From: an uncultured Aliarcobacter sp.
GTDB lineage: Bacteria > Campylobacterota > Campylobacteria > Campylobacterales > Arcobacteraceae
NCBI GenBank assembly: GCA_963677435.1
Contig: OY781945.1
Location: 2,976,001-3,040,000, forward strand
Reading direction: 5' to 3'
Length of the DNA: 64,000 nt
A program made the position numbers and the translations under genes. Position 1 is the stretch's first letter; each line of letters opens with the position of its first letter. Of the stretch, positions 17,593-29,435 are shown piece after piece. The notes below the pieces were generated by a model. It did not search any database. It was given only the letters and a program-made list of their open reading frames with translations, and had not been told where the DNA came from.

Positions 17593-20190
17593 ATGACAAA
17601 TGAAAAATATCTAAAAGACCTTGCAGGTATTGATGGTGTTAAATATTATGATGTAAAATCAGCAGTAGAAGATATTACTCCTGGTTCTTTTGCAAAATTA
17701 AACTACACATCAAGAGTATTAGCAGAAAACTTAATTAGAAAATGTCCAAGTGAAGACTTAAAGGATTCACTAGTTCAATTAATTGAAAAAAGAACTGACA
17801 AAGATTTTCCTTGGTTTCCTTCAAGAGTTATCTGTCATGATATTCTTGGACTTACAGCGTTCGTTGACCTTGCAGGTTTAAGAGAAGCAGTTGCTTCTAA
17901 AGGTGGAAATCCTGATAAAGTAAATCCAGTTGTTCCAACTCAATTAATTGTTGACCACTCATTAGCTGTTGAGTGTGGTGGATTTGACCCTGATGCTTTC
18001 CAAAAAAATAGAGATATTGAAGATAGAAGAAATGCAGATAGATTCCACTTTATTAACTGGACTAAAGAAGCATTCAACAATGTAGATGTTATTCCTCCAG
18101 GTAACGGTATTATGCACCAAATCAACTTAGAAAAAATGTCTCCAGTAGTTCATTTAGATAATGGAATTGCATCTCCTGATACATTAGTTGGAACAGATTC
18201 ACATACTCCTCATGTTGATGCACTTGGCGTTATAGCTGTTGGTGTTGGTGGATTAGAAGCTGAAAATGTAATGTTAGGAAATCCTTCTTATATGAGAGTT
18301 CCTGAAATCATTGGTGTTAATATAGTAGGTGTTAGATCTGAAGGTATTACAGCAACTGATATTGCATTAGCGATGACTTCATTCTTAAGAGAAAACAATG
18401 TTATTTCTGCATACTTAGAATTCTATGGTTCTGGTATTAAATACTTAAACTTAGGTGATAGAGCAACAATTGCAAATATGACTCCTGAATATGGTGCAAG
18501 TGCTGGTATGTTTGCTATTGATGAACAAACTATTGCTTACTTAACAGTAACAGGTAGAGAGGCTAATCAAGTTAAACTTGTAGAAGCTTATGCAAAAGCT
18601 AATGGATTATGGGCTGACCAATTTGAAGATGCAACATATGCAAGAACTATTGAATTTGATTTATCAAAAGTAACTAGATCATTAGCTGGTCCTTCAAAAC
18701 CACATAAATTAGTACCAACTTCAACTTTAAGAGCTGAAGGTATTGTAAAAGAGTGGACTCAAGAAGGTGACTTTATCCCAGATGGTGGTATCTTAATTGC
18801 TGCAATTACTTCTTGTACAAATACTTCAAATCCAAGAAATGTTATTGCTGCTGGATTATTAGCTAAAAAAGCAAATGAGCTTGGATTAAAAAGAAAACCA
18901 TGGGTTAAATCTTCATTAGCACCAGGTTCAAAAGTAATTGAAGTTTATTTAAAAGAAGCAGGATTATTACCTGAAATGGAAAAATTAGGATTTGGTGTTG
19001 TTGGATTTGCATGTACTACTTGTAATGGTATGTCAGGTGCATTAGACCCAAAAATCCAAAAAGAAGTTGTTGATAGAGATATTTATACAACTGCTGTATT
19101 ATCTGGAAACAGAAACTTTGATGGAAGAATCCACCCTTATGTAAAAGAAGCATTTTTAGCATCTCCTGCACTTGTTATTGCTTATGCATTAGCTGGTACA
19201 ATCAGATTTGATATTGAAAATGATGTATTAGGAAAAGATAAAGATGGTAATGATATTAGATTAAAAGATTTATGGCCATCAGATGCAGAAATTAATGCTG
19301 TTGAAAAATCTTGCGTTAGACCTGAAATGTATAATAACATTTATGAGCCAATGTTCAAAAGAGAATTCTTAGATAGTGTTAAAATTGATCCATTCTATAA
19401 ATGGAATTCAAAATCTACATATATTAACAAACCTCCTTATTGGGAAGATGAATATATGCAAATGCCAGCACTAAAAGGTATGAGACCATTAGGTGTATTC
19501 CCTGATAATATTACAACGGATCACCTTTCACCTTCAAATGCAATTTTACCAAGCTCTGCTTCTGGTGAATATTGTTTAAAAATGGGATTACCTGTTGAAG
19601 ATTTAAACTCTTATGCAACACATAGAGGGGATCATCATACTGCTTCAAGAGCTACTTTAGCAAATCCAAAATTATTTAACGAAATGGTTAAAAAAGAAGA
19701 TGGAAGCGTTAAACAAGGTTCTTTAACAATGATTATGCCAGAAGGTAAAGAATCTAGAATGTGGGAAGCTATTGAAACTTACACAACTAGAAAACAACCT
19801 TTAATTATCGTTGCTGGTACTAACTATGGTCAAGGGTCTTCAAGAGACTGGGCTGCAAAAGGTGTTAGACTTGCAGGTGTTGAAGTGTTAATTGCTGAAT
19901 CAATCGAAAGAATTCACAGAACTAACTTAGTTGGAATGGGTGTTTTACCATTACAATTCAAAGAAGGTGAAACTAGACATACTTACACTATTGATGGTTC
20001 TGAAGTATTTGACATTGAGGGTGAAATTACTCCAAGATGTGATTTAACAGTTGTTATGACTAGAGCAAATGGTGAAGTTGTTAAATTCGATGTTTTATGT
20101 AGATTAGATACTTCAGCTGAAGTTGATGTTTACAAAAACGGTGGAATTTTACAAAAATTCGCTAAAGATGTTATTGCTTCTGGTAAGTAA
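17593..20190 (+). CDS. acnD: Fe/S-dependent 2-methylisocitrate dehydratase
   Basis: CHDILGLTA, AITSCTNTSNP and ACTTCNGMSG motifs typical of AcnD; followed by prpF. Confidence 0.95.
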   Translation: MTNEKYLKDLAGIDGVKYYDVKSAVEDITPGSFAKLNYTSRVLAENLIRKCPSEDLKDSLVQLIEKRTDKDFPWFPSRVICHDILGLTAFVDLAGLREAVASKGGNPDKVNPVVPTQLIVDHSLAVECGGFDPDAFQKNRDIEDRRNADRFHFINWTKEAFNNVDVIPPGNGIMHQINLEKMSPVVHLDNGIASPDTLVGTDSHTPHVDALGVIAVGVGGLEAENVMLGNPSYMRVPEIIGVNIVGVRSEGITATDIALAMTSFLRENNVISAYLEFYGSGIKYLNLGDRATIANMTPEYGASAGMFAIDEQTIAYLTVTGREANQVKLVEAYAKANGLWADQFEDATYARTIEFDLSKVTRSLAGPSKPHKLVPTSTLRAEGIVKEWTQEGDFIPDGGILIAAITSCTNTSNPRNVIAAGLLAKKANELGLKRKPWVKSSLAPGSKVIEVYLKEAGLLPEMEKLGFGVVGFACTTCNGMSGALDPKIQKEVVDRDIYTTAVLSGNRNFDGRIHPYVKEAFLASPALVIAYALAGTIRFDIENDVLGKDKDGNDIRLKDLWPSDAEINAVEKSCVRPEMYNNIYEPMFKREFLDSVKIDPFYKWNSKSTYINKPPYWEDEYMQMPALKGMRPLGVFPDNITTDHLSPSNAILPSSASGEYCLKMGLPVEDLNSYATHRGDHHTASRATLANPKLFNEMVKKEDGSVKQGSLTMIMPEGKESRMWEAIETYTTRKQPLIIVAGTNYGQGSSRDWAAKGVRLAGVEVLIAESIERIHRTNLVGMGVLPLQFKEGETRHTYTIDGSEVFDIEGEITPRCDLTVVMTRANGEVVKFDVLCRLDTSAEVDVYKNGGILQKFAKDVIASGK

Positions 20191-20284
20191 AACATCATAA
20201 TTTTAGGGCTTTGCCCTAAAATTATTTGTAAAACTATTAGTAAAATATTTTTACAAATAATTTTATACTAAAACAGGAGAAAAA

Positions 20285-21460
20285 ATGAGTTATCAACCAC
20301 AATTTAAAGTTAAAGCTACATATATGAGAGGTGGAACTTCTAAAGGGACATTTTTTAATATAGCTGATTTACCTATAGAAGCTCAAGAAGATCCAAAAAA
20401 AAGAGATAGATTACTTCAAAGAATCGTGGGAAGTCCTGATATCTATAAACAACAAATGGATGGTATGGGAGGAGCAACTTCAAGTACTTCTAAAGCTATT
20501 TTAGTAGGTCGTAGTTCAGTTCCTAATCATGATGTAGATTACTATTTCTGTCAAGTTGCAATTGATCAAGATTTTGTAGATATGAGTGGAAACTGTGGAA
20601 ATTTATCAAGTGCCGTTGGACCTTTTGCAATAAAAGAAGGATTAGTTGATAATGTACCCCAAAATGGTGTTTGTTGTGTAAGAATTTGGCAAGCAAATAT
20701 TAAAAAAACTATTCTTTGTTATGTAACAATGGAAAATGGACTAGTTAAAGAGATGGGTGATTATTATATCGATGGTGTTGCATTTCCTGCGGAAGAGATA
20801 GTTTTAGAGTTTGCTGAACCTGTAGATCCTAGTGAAGAACTATTCCCAACAGGAAACTTAGTAGATGATTTAGAAGTTCCAGGAATTGGTACATTTAAAG
20901 CTACTATGATAACTGCTGGAATTCCTACTTGTTTTGTAAATGCTGCTGATATTGGATATAAAGGAACTGAACTTCAAGGTGATATTAACTCAGATGTTGA
21001 AGCATTAGCTAGATTTGAAACAATTAGATCTTATGCAGCATTAAAAATGGGATTAATTTCTGATTTAAAAGAAGCCCAAACAAGACAACATACTCCAAAA
21101 ATTGCGTTTGTTGCACCAGCAAGTGATTTCACTACTTCAAGTGGAAAAGAGATTAAAGCAAATGAAATTGATTTACATGTAAGAGCATTATCTATGCAAA
21201 AATTACACCACGCAATGATGGGAACAGCTTCAGTAGCTATTGGAGTTGCTGCTTGTATTCCTGGAACTTTAGTTAATATTGCTGCTGGTGGTGGTGAAAA
21301 ATCTGCTGTAGAATTTGGACATCCATCAGGAACTTTAAAAGTTGGTGCTGTAATTCAAAATAATGATGGTAAATTTGTAGTTGATAAAGCAACTATGAGT
21401 AGAAGTGCTAGAATTATTATGGAAGGTTATGTTTTTGTACCTGCTGGTACAATGAAATAA
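20285..21460 (+). CDS. prpF: 2-methylaconitate cis-trans isomerase
   Basis: Motifs MRGGTSKG, GGATSSTSK, SGNCGN and HHAMMGT. Confidence 0.96.
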   Translation: MSYQPQFKVKATYMRGGTSKGTFFNIADLPIEAQEDPKKRDRLLQRIVGSPDIYKQQMDGMGGATSSTSKAILVGRSSVPNHDVDYYFCQVAIDQDFVDMSGNCGNLSSAVGPFAIKEGLVDNVPQNGVCCVRIWQANIKKTILCYVTMENGLVKEMGDYYIDGVAFPAEEIVLEFAEPVDPSEELFPTGNLVDDLEVPGIGTFKATMITAGIPTCFVNAADIGYKGTELQGDINSDVEALARFETIRSYAALKMGLISDLKEAQTRQHTPKIAFVAPASDFTTSSGKEIKANEIDLHVRALSMQKLHHAMMGTASVAIGVAACIPGTLVNIAAGGGEKSAVEFGHPSGTLKVGAVIQNNDGKFVVDKATMSRSARIIMEGYVFVPAGTMK

Positions 21461-21482
21461 TTAATTACTCTTTATTATTAAG

Positions 21483-21513
21483 AAGGTCTAAACTAAAACT
21501 TAGGCCTTTTTTT
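21483..21513 (+). terminator. Intrinsic terminator of the prp operon
   Basis: AAGGTCTA...TAGGCCTT followed by a T-run. Confidence 0.6.
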
Positions 21514-21574
21514 ATCCTTTAATTATTTATATTATGTTATTATCATGTTAATTAAATCTAGGAGATAAGTAATA

Positions 21575-22576
21575 GTGGATAATTCATTTAAATTTAATCC
21601 ATATGAAGCCCTAAAATCAATACTTGAAATAACTTCTTACTATACAGGTGATGAATTTATAGAACATACTGCAATTGAAATAAAAAAACTATTCCAAGCA
21701 GATTTAGTTTATATCACTAAAGCTTTAGATTTTAATCCAACTACAAAAGTAAGAGTTTTATACTCAACAAATAATAAACTTCCTGAAATTATAGATTTAG
21801 ATGGAATTCCTGGAAAATTTGTTTTTGACAATAAAATAATAAAAATAAAAGAACATGTAAAATATAACTTTTTAGAATTACTTGATGAAAAATTTGAAAG
21901 TTTTTATGGAATACCTATTACTGATAATAACAATTGCATTGGACATATAGCAATATATTCAAAGTTAGCTAGGGAATTACCAGAAGAATTAAATGATATA
22001 GCATTAATTTACTCAAGAAAAATCCAAAGAGAAACAAGAAGAATAGAGTTAGAAAAAGAAAATCAACTAATTAGAAACCAACTGCAAGAATTAACAATAA
22101 CAGATACCTTAACTTCTTTATATAATAGAAGATATTTTGCAAAGGTTTGTGCTGATGTTTATGCCCAAGTAAATAGAGATTCTACGAAAGCTACTTTAGC
22201 TTATATTGACATAGATAATTTCAAAAATATAAATGACAAATTTGGCCATGAAGGTGGAGATTTTGTATTAAAATATTTTGCTGAAATATTATTAGAACAT
22301 TCAAGAAAAGGTTTAGATTATGTATTCAGACTTGGTGGTGAAGAGTTTTGTATAATTAGTGTTGATAATACACTTGAAAGTGCAAATGAACATATGAATA
22401 GAGTTATGAATATTACTTCAAATAAATTTTCATCAACAAGATTTGGAGAAATCACTCTTAGTATTGGGATTGTTGAGTTTAATAAAGGATTTTCTTCTTA
22501 TGAAGAAATCTTGAGTTTAGCTGACAAAAAAATGTACAAAGCTAAAAATAGCGGTAAAAATTCAATAGTAAAATAA
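21575..22576 (+). CDS. GAF-GGDEF diguanylate cyclase
   Basis: DIDNFKNINDKFGHEGGD and RLGGEEF; N-terminal GAF-like segment SFYGIPI...IGHIAI; GTG start after AGGAG. Confidence 0.9.
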   Translation: MDNSFKFNPYEALKSILEITSYYTGDEFIEHTAIEIKKLFQADLVYITKALDFNPTTKVRVLYSTNNKLPEIIDLDGIPGKFVFDNKIIKIKEHVKYNFLELLDEKFESFYGIPITDNNNCIGHIAIYSKLARELPEELNDIALIYSRKIQRETRRIELEKENQLIRNQLQELTITDTLTSLYNRRYFAKVCADVYAQVNRDSTKATLAYIDIDNFKNINDKFGHEGGDFVLKYFAEILLEHSRKGLDYVFRLGGEEFCIISVDNTLESANEHMNRVMNITSNKFSSTRFGEITLSIGIVEFNKGFSSYEEILSLADKKMYKAKNSGKNSIVK

Positions 22577-22586
22577 GAAAAATCTC

Positions 22587-23129
22587 TTATTTTACTATTG
22601 ATGAAATCTCTTTAAATACTGGATTTTTTGCAGTTAAAGTTAACTCAAAAAGTAAAGATTCATAAGTAGTTGGAATTACACCTGCTTGAACTAATCTAGT
22701 AATTGCCATATCAGTATCTTTTTGTTTTCTTGATGTACAACAATCAGTAACTAAAACAACTTCAAATCCTGCTTCAAGTAAATCAATACAAGTTTGTAAT
22801 ACACAAACATGAGTTTCAATTCCAGCAACAATAACAACTTTTTTATTTGCAGCATTAATTGCATCCATTGTTGGCTCATTTTGACAACAAGAAAATGTAA
22901 CTTTTTCAAAATGTGGATAATCTTGAACTAACTCATTTAAAGAAGGAATAGTTTCTCCAATTCCTTTTTTATATTGTTCATTTACAATAAAAGGAACACT
23001 AAGAACTTTTAATCCTTTTACTAAAGTAACTAGATTTTTTTCTATTTCATCTTTATTTGTAACATGTGGATATAATTTATCTTGAACATCAACTAAACAA
23101 AAAAGCGCATCGTCTACATTTATTCTCAT
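22587..23129 (-). CDS. Isochorismatase-family (YcaC-like) hydrolase
   Basis: Motifs VDVQDKL, EQYKKGIG and GIETHVCVLQT. Confidence 0.9.
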   Translation of the reverse strand: MRINVDDALFCLVDVQDKLYPHVTNKDEIEKNLVTLVKGLKVLSVPFIVNEQYKKGIGETIPSLNELVQDYPHFEKVTFSCCQNEPTMDAINAANKKVVIVAGIETHVCVLQTCIDLLEAGFEVVLVTDCCTSRKQKDTDMAITRLVQAGVIPTTYESLLFELTLTAKNPVFKEISSIVK

Positions 23130-23149
23130 CTTATTTCCTTTATTTGAAT

Positions 23150-24088
23150 TTATTTAAAAGCTAATTTCTCAGCTCGATCTAGTAACTCTTTAGCACCTTG
23201 ATCTATAAAATTTTGAGCTAAAATTCGTCCAACTTTTTCATAATCATTTATATCAGCTGTAATATCTTCACTAATATATTCACTTCCATCAGGAAGTCCA
23301 ACAATCGCTTGAACTCTTATAGAGTTTTCATCCATTATAGTTGCTTTTACACCAATTGGAACTTGACAACCACCTTGAAGTGTATCAACAAAACTTCTCT
23401 CAATTGTTGATTCTATATGAGCATTTGTATCATTTAATACTTTTACTATTTCTAATACTTCTGGGTCATTTGTAGTTTCAATTCCAAGAGTTGCTTGTCC
23501 CATTGATGGAATCATCACATCTGTTTCAATTGGAGTAAAAAACTTAACTTCATTTTCTATTTTTAATTTTTGAATACCAGTTGCTGCAAGTATAATTGCA
23601 TCATATTCACCTGCATTTAATTTTGCAATTCTAGTATTAATATTACCTCTTAAATCTTTTAAAACAATATCAGGTCGTAACATTTTAATAGCCATTCTTC
23701 GTCTTAAACTTGTTGTTCCTACAATTGCACCTTGCGGTAATTCTTCTAAAGAAGCATATTTATTACTTAAAATAGCATCTCTTGGGTCAAATCTTTTTGT
23801 AACAGCAGCAAGTTGTAAGCCATCTTCAAATTGTGTTGGAACATCTTTTAAAGAGTGAACTGCTAAATGAGCAGTTCCTTCAAGCATTGCTACTTCAAGC
23901 TCTTTTGTAAAAAGTCCTTTTCCTCCAATTTTTGCTAGTGGAACATCTAGAATTTTATCTCCTTTTGTTACAAACTCTTGAAGTTCAATTTGCATATTTG
24001 GATAATGTTCTTGAAGTAATGATTTTACATATTCACTTTGCCAAAGAGCTAGTTTACTTCTTCTTGTCGCTATTACTAATTTTTCCAT
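23150..24088 (-). CDS. hemC: Hydroxymethylbilane synthase (porphobilinogen deaminase)
   Basis: Motifs ATRRSKLALWQ, GGKGLFTKE, VHSLKD and GGCQVP. Confidence 0.97.
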   Translation of the reverse strand: MEKLVIATRRSKLALWQSEYVKSLLQEHYPNMQIELQEFVTKGDKILDVPLAKIGGKGLFTKELEVAMLEGTAHLAVHSLKDVPTQFEDGLQLAAVTKRFDPRDAILSNKYASLEELPQGAIVGTTSLRRRMAIKMLRPDIVLKDLRGNINTRIAKLNAGEYDAIILAATGIQKLKIENEVKFFTPIETDVMIPSMGQATLGIETTNDPEVLEIVKVLNDTNAHIESTIERSFVDTLQGGCQVPIGVKATIMDENSIRVQAIVGLPDGSEYISEDITADINDYEKVGRILAQNFIDQGAKELLDRAEKLAFK

Positions 24089-24106
24089 GTTACCTTCTTA
24101 ATAAAT

Positions 24107-24943
24107 TTATTTTTTTCCTAATGTTTCATATTTAAGTTTTGAAGAATCTTTTTCTCCATTTACAAATATAGTTGGTGTTCCTGAAACCATAACTTCTTCA
24201 CCCATTGCAAGGTCTTTTCCCAGAATATCAGTTATTTTTTTTGCAGAAATTTCTTCTAATTTAATACTAGTTTTAAACTCTTTATTAAAGGCATCTAATA
24301 TCACTTTTTCATCTGTTGATTTAACAGTAAAATATGGTTCCCAGTCTTTTTCATAAACTTTTAACTCAACATCTTTTATCCCTTTTTCTTTTGCAACTTC
24401 AATAATTTTTGACATAGGTCCTGCTGCTGGATGAAGTCCTGTTAATGGGAAGTGATAATAATATAAAGCAATGCTATCACTATTTTTATTTACATATTTA
24501 ATTACTTCTGGTACAAAATCTTTACAAAATGGACATAAAGGATCAGAGAAAATTACTAATTTATTTTTTGCATTAGGATTTCCTGCAATTATTTTTGATT
24601 TATCATAATATTTATCTGTTAAATTTGGTGTTACTAAATCTTTTAAAGATTTTCCAGATTCAGCATCGATTAACTCTAAAGAGATATATTTTCCATCTGA
24701 GAAAAGTATATCTTTTGCATTTATATCTTTTCCTTGAACATTAGCTTCAACATCTAAAATATAACCAGACCAACCTTTTAAAGGTAACTCTTTTTTTGAA
24801 TTTATTTTTACACTTTTAATTTTTACGTTTGGATTTTGAGCTATTCTTTTTTGCTCAAAACTAATAATATCTTCATCACTTGAAGCATATAAGGCACTTG
24901 TCAATAAAACACTAATTGACAATATTGTCGAGAATTTATTCAT
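24107..24943 (-). CDS. Periplasmic thioredoxin-fold disulfide oxidoreductase (DsbA/DsbC/DsbG-like)
   Basis: Signal peptide; FSDPLCPFC CxxC motif; GTPT cis-Pro loop. Confidence 0.85.
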   Translation of the reverse strand: MNKFSTILSISVLLTSALYASSDEDIISFEQKRIAQNPNVKIKSVKINSKKELPLKGWSGYILDVEANVQGKDINAKDILFSDGKYISLELIDAESGKSLKDLVTPNLTDKYYDKSKIIAGNPNAKNKLVIFSDPLCPFCKDFVPEVIKYVNKNSDSIALYYYHFPLTGLHPAAGPMSKIIEVAKEKGIKDVELKVYEKDWEPYFTVKSTDEKVILDAFNKEFKTSIKLEEISAKKITDILGKDLAMGEEVMVSGTPTIFVNGEKDSSKLKYETLGKK

Positions 24944-25008
24944 TTATTTTTTCCTTATTTAAAACTAACTTGTAGTCTATCTATTTTACATTAATAAAAA
25001 GTTAATAT

Positions 25009-27057
25009 TTAACTTCTTGCTTTTACGGTAATTTTTTTTATATCAAAAAGCTCTTTTGCTTTATCAAGCATCTTAGAATTTAAAATATCATTTAACTGTA
25101 ACTCTTGTTGTGAGGGTTTAGTTATTTCACCTTTGTGCATGTCTGCCACACAACCTGAACCCATTTCAATCTCTTCAAGCATTGAACCTGTATCATCATT
25201 TGGTTCAGGGATTAATTCTTGATTTTTTAAACTAATTTCATCAGGAATATTTTCAGATTTTGCTTCTTGTTTCTCTTCTGGATTTTTATTTTCTAGTACG
25301 GAGGGTTCTTCCTTTTTAAAATCTAGCTCAACATCATTTCCAAAAATATCTTGGGCAAAAGTTTTTATTATTCCAAAATGTTTATATAAAAACTTTCTAT
25401 CTTCATCTTGAGCGTAAGAAGTGATGTATAGTTTTTTATCTTCAAATCCATTAAAGATAAAATTCTTTTCAAAACATTCACCTAAATCAGGGTCTCTATC
25501 ATATACTTTTGCAGTTAATTTTTCATATAATTCATTTTGAATGTCATCTTCCTTTTCAAAAACTTCTTCAATAGGAACTATTTCTATCTCTTCAAAAACA
25601 TTTGCTTGAACTTGTTGTTCGATTTTATGTTCAACAATTTCTATATCTTTTGGCTTTTCTATTATTTGCTCTTTTTGAACAATTGGAGTTGTAGGTAATT
25701 CATCAAAAGGTGTTGAATAATCAACAACTTCAATAGCATCAATCATTCCTAAATCCATAATATTATCACTTTGGATTAATACCTCATCAAAAGGTGTTAA
25801 TTCTTCTATTTTTGTTTCAGGCTCAACAGAAGCTAGTTTTATCTCTTCTTCTTTTGTTATAACGCTTTCAATAATTTTTTCTTCAACTTTTTCAACAGGA
25901 CTTTCTTGAATCTTTTCAAAAGGAATTTCTTGAACTTTCTCTATAACTTTTTCAACTATTTTTGGTGCAGGTGTTTCTTTCCTAACTTCTATTTTTTCAA
26001 CTTGGTTTATAATATCATCTATAGTTTTTAAATTTGTAGCTTCAATCATTTTCATAAAAGTTAAAATTAAAACAAAACCTCCATCACTATTTATTGCTAA
26101 TAGATGTTTTGCATCACTTAAAATTCTAAAAAATCTATCAAATAAAAGTAAATCAAATTTAGTATCTTTACTAAGCATTTTATCTTTTAAATAAATAGCC
26201 ATTTCATCACAAATTTGAGAAACTTCATAAACTTCTAAATCTTTGATTAATTGATTTATGTCACCTTTATTCAAAATAATTGAAAAAATATTATCCATAA
26301 GTTTTGGATCAATTAAACCCAACATATCAACAACACTTGTTGTATTTACTTTTCCTTTTGAAAAAATAATTGATTGGTCAAGTAAAGTTAAAGTATCTCT
26401 TAAACTTCCTTGTCCAGTTCTTGCAAGAATTTCTAAAGCATCTTTTTCATAATTAATATTTTCTTCATTTAATATGTGTGACAAGTGATGAACTACATCA
26501 GCCGTTGCAATTTTGTTAAATCTAAAGTGTTGAGTTCTACTTAAAATCGTAGCAGGTAATTTTAAAGGATCTGTAGTTGCTAAAATAAACTTAACAAAAC
26601 CTGGTGGTTCTTCAAGTGTTTTTAAAAGTGCATTAAATGCTTGTGTAGTAAGCATATGAACTTCATCGATTATAAATACTTTAAATCTTCCAGAACTTGG
26701 TTTATATTTTGTGTGTTCAATTAAATCTTTTATATCATCAATTCCACGATTAGATGCAGCATCCATTTCTATAATATCAAGGTGTCGATTTGAATTTGCA
26801 CTTTTACAATTATCACAAACTTCACAAGGTTTTGAAGTAGGTCCTTGTGAACATAATAGTGCTTTTGCCATAATCCTAGCTGTTGAAGTTTTTCCACTTC
26901 CTCGAAGCCCTGAGAATAAATAAGCATGGGACAATCTATCTGAATCCAAAGCTAAAGAGAGAGTTTGAGAAACTGTACTTTGCCCAACTAAATCTTCAAA
27001 TCTATGAGGTCTATATTTTAAGGCTAAAACTCTTTTTTCTAAAATTTCTTGACTCAT
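25009..27057 (-). CDS. dnaX: DNA polymerase III subunit gamma/tau
   Basis: LALKYRP, Walker A GSGKTS, Zn-binding Cys cluster and IIDEVHML; start set at 27057 (ATGA overlap with the murI stop). Confidence 0.96.
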   Translation of the reverse strand: MSQEILEKRVLALKYRPHRFEDLVGQSTVSQTLSLALDSDRLSHAYLFSGLRGSGKTSTARIMAKALLCSQGPTSKPCEVCDNCKSANSNRHLDIIEMDAASNRGIDDIKDLIEHTKYKPSSGRFKVFIIDEVHMLTTQAFNALLKTLEEPPGFVKFILATTDPLKLPATILSRTQHFRFNKIATADVVHHLSHILNEENINYEKDALEILARTGQGSLRDTLTLLDQSIIFSKGKVNTTSVVDMLGLIDPKLMDNIFSIILNKGDINQLIKDLEVYEVSQICDEMAIYLKDKMLSKDTKFDLLLFDRFFRILSDAKHLLAINSDGGFVLILTFMKMIEATNLKTIDDIINQVEKIEVRKETPAPKIVEKVIEKVQEIPFEKIQESPVEKVEEKIIESVITKEEEIKLASVEPETKIEELTPFDEVLIQSDNIMDLGMIDAIEVVDYSTPFDELPTTPIVQKEQIIEKPKDIEIVEHKIEQQVQANVFEEIEIVPIEEVFEKEDDIQNELYEKLTAKVYDRDPDLGECFEKNFIFNGFEDKKLYITSYAQDEDRKFLYKHFGIIKTFAQDIFGNDVELDFKKEEPSVLENKNPEEKQEAKSENIPDEISLKNQELIPEPNDDTGSMLEEIEMGSGCVADMHKGEITKPSQQELQLNDILNSKMLDKAKELFDIKKITVKARS

Positions 27058-27839
27058 ATTGTACATTTCCTAACTTCTATATTTTTATTTTCTAAAATTT
27101 TCTCTATCATTTGTTTGTTTATTTCACCAGTATGGCAAACACTTACTTTAAGATTTCCCTCATTTATATGACCCAACTGTGCACTTAAAATAATTAATCT
27201 TTTTGCTATTGCATTTCCTGTTTCTATTAAAGTCACATCATTTGCCATAACTTTTTTTATAACCTCATCAACCAAGGGATAATGAGTACAACCTAAAACG
27301 ATTGTGTCAACACAATTTTCTCTCATTGGTTTTAACCATTTTTCTAGCATTTCAAGAGTTTTTGGTGTATTTATTTCACCTTTTTCAATCTGCTCAACTA
27401 ATCCAATACAAGCTTGTTCATAAAGAGTCACATTTTTTTCACTTGATAGCTTATTTACTAATAGTTGATATTTATCACCTTTTAATGTTGCAGGTGTTGC
27501 CAAAACTCCAACATGGGAAGTTTTTGTATTTAAAATTGCAGGTTTAATTCCAGGCTCTGTTCCTATTACTATTAAAAAAGGAAATATTTCTCTTAAATGT
27601 TTTATAGCAGCACTGGTTGCTGTATTGCAAGCAACTATTAAAGCCTTTATTTCATGTTTTTCTAAAAGATACTTAGTTATATTAACACATCTATCTAAGA
27701 TTTGTTCAGGAGTTTTTTCACCATAAGGAGCATATGCAGTATCTGCAATATAAAAAAGTTCTGCCCCTTTAAATATTTTTTGAATAGAACTAACAACAGT
27801 TAATCCTCCCAAGCCTGAATCAAATACACCTACTTTCAA
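27054..27839 (-). CDS. murI: Glutamate racemase
   Basis: Motifs FDSGLGGLTV, ACNTA and LGCTHY. Confidence 0.97.
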   Translation of the reverse strand: MKVGVFDSGLGGLTVVSSIQKIFKGAELFYIADTAYAPYGEKTPEQILDRCVNITKYLLEKHEIKALIVACNTATSAAIKHLREIFPFLIVIGTEPGIKPAILNTKTSHVGVLATPATLKGDKYQLLVNKLSSEKNVTLYEQACIGLVEQIEKGEINTPKTLEMLEKWLKPMRENCVDTIVLGCTHYPLVDEVIKKVMANDVTLIETGNAIAKRLIILSAQLGHINEGNLKVSVCHTGEINKQMIEKILENKNIEVRKCTI

Positions 27840-27901
27840 TTTGTGCCTTTATTAGTAATAAGCTGATATTTTATCATAAGTTTATAAAGAAAATGATTAG
27901 T

Positions 27902-27944
27902 AAAAAAAGAAAAGATGTAATACTCTACAATTAGAGTATTACAT
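27902..27944 (-). terminator. Intrinsic terminator after gdhA
   Basis: 13-bp stem ATGTAATACTCTA/TAGAGTATTACAT plus a T-rich tail on the minus strand. Confidence 0.7.
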
Positions 27945-27949
27945 AAAAA

Positions 27950-29291
<1,342 letters not shown>

Positions 29292-29435
29292 TAGCTTTCC
29301 TTCATTCTAAATTGAAGGGATATTCTATCAAATAATTATATATCTTTTAAACAAATGTATATTTTGTATATATATTTTGAAAATAAAGTTACTGAATAGA
29401 TTAAAAAAGAGAGAAATTAATCTCTATTTTTTAAA

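Noticed and set aside
25009..27057. Programmed -1 frameshift in dnaX producing gamma
   Set aside because: I found no in-frame A-AAA-AAG heptamer with a stimulatory hairpin by eye; the closest is TTT-AAA-AAG near 25312-25320, which is non-canonical
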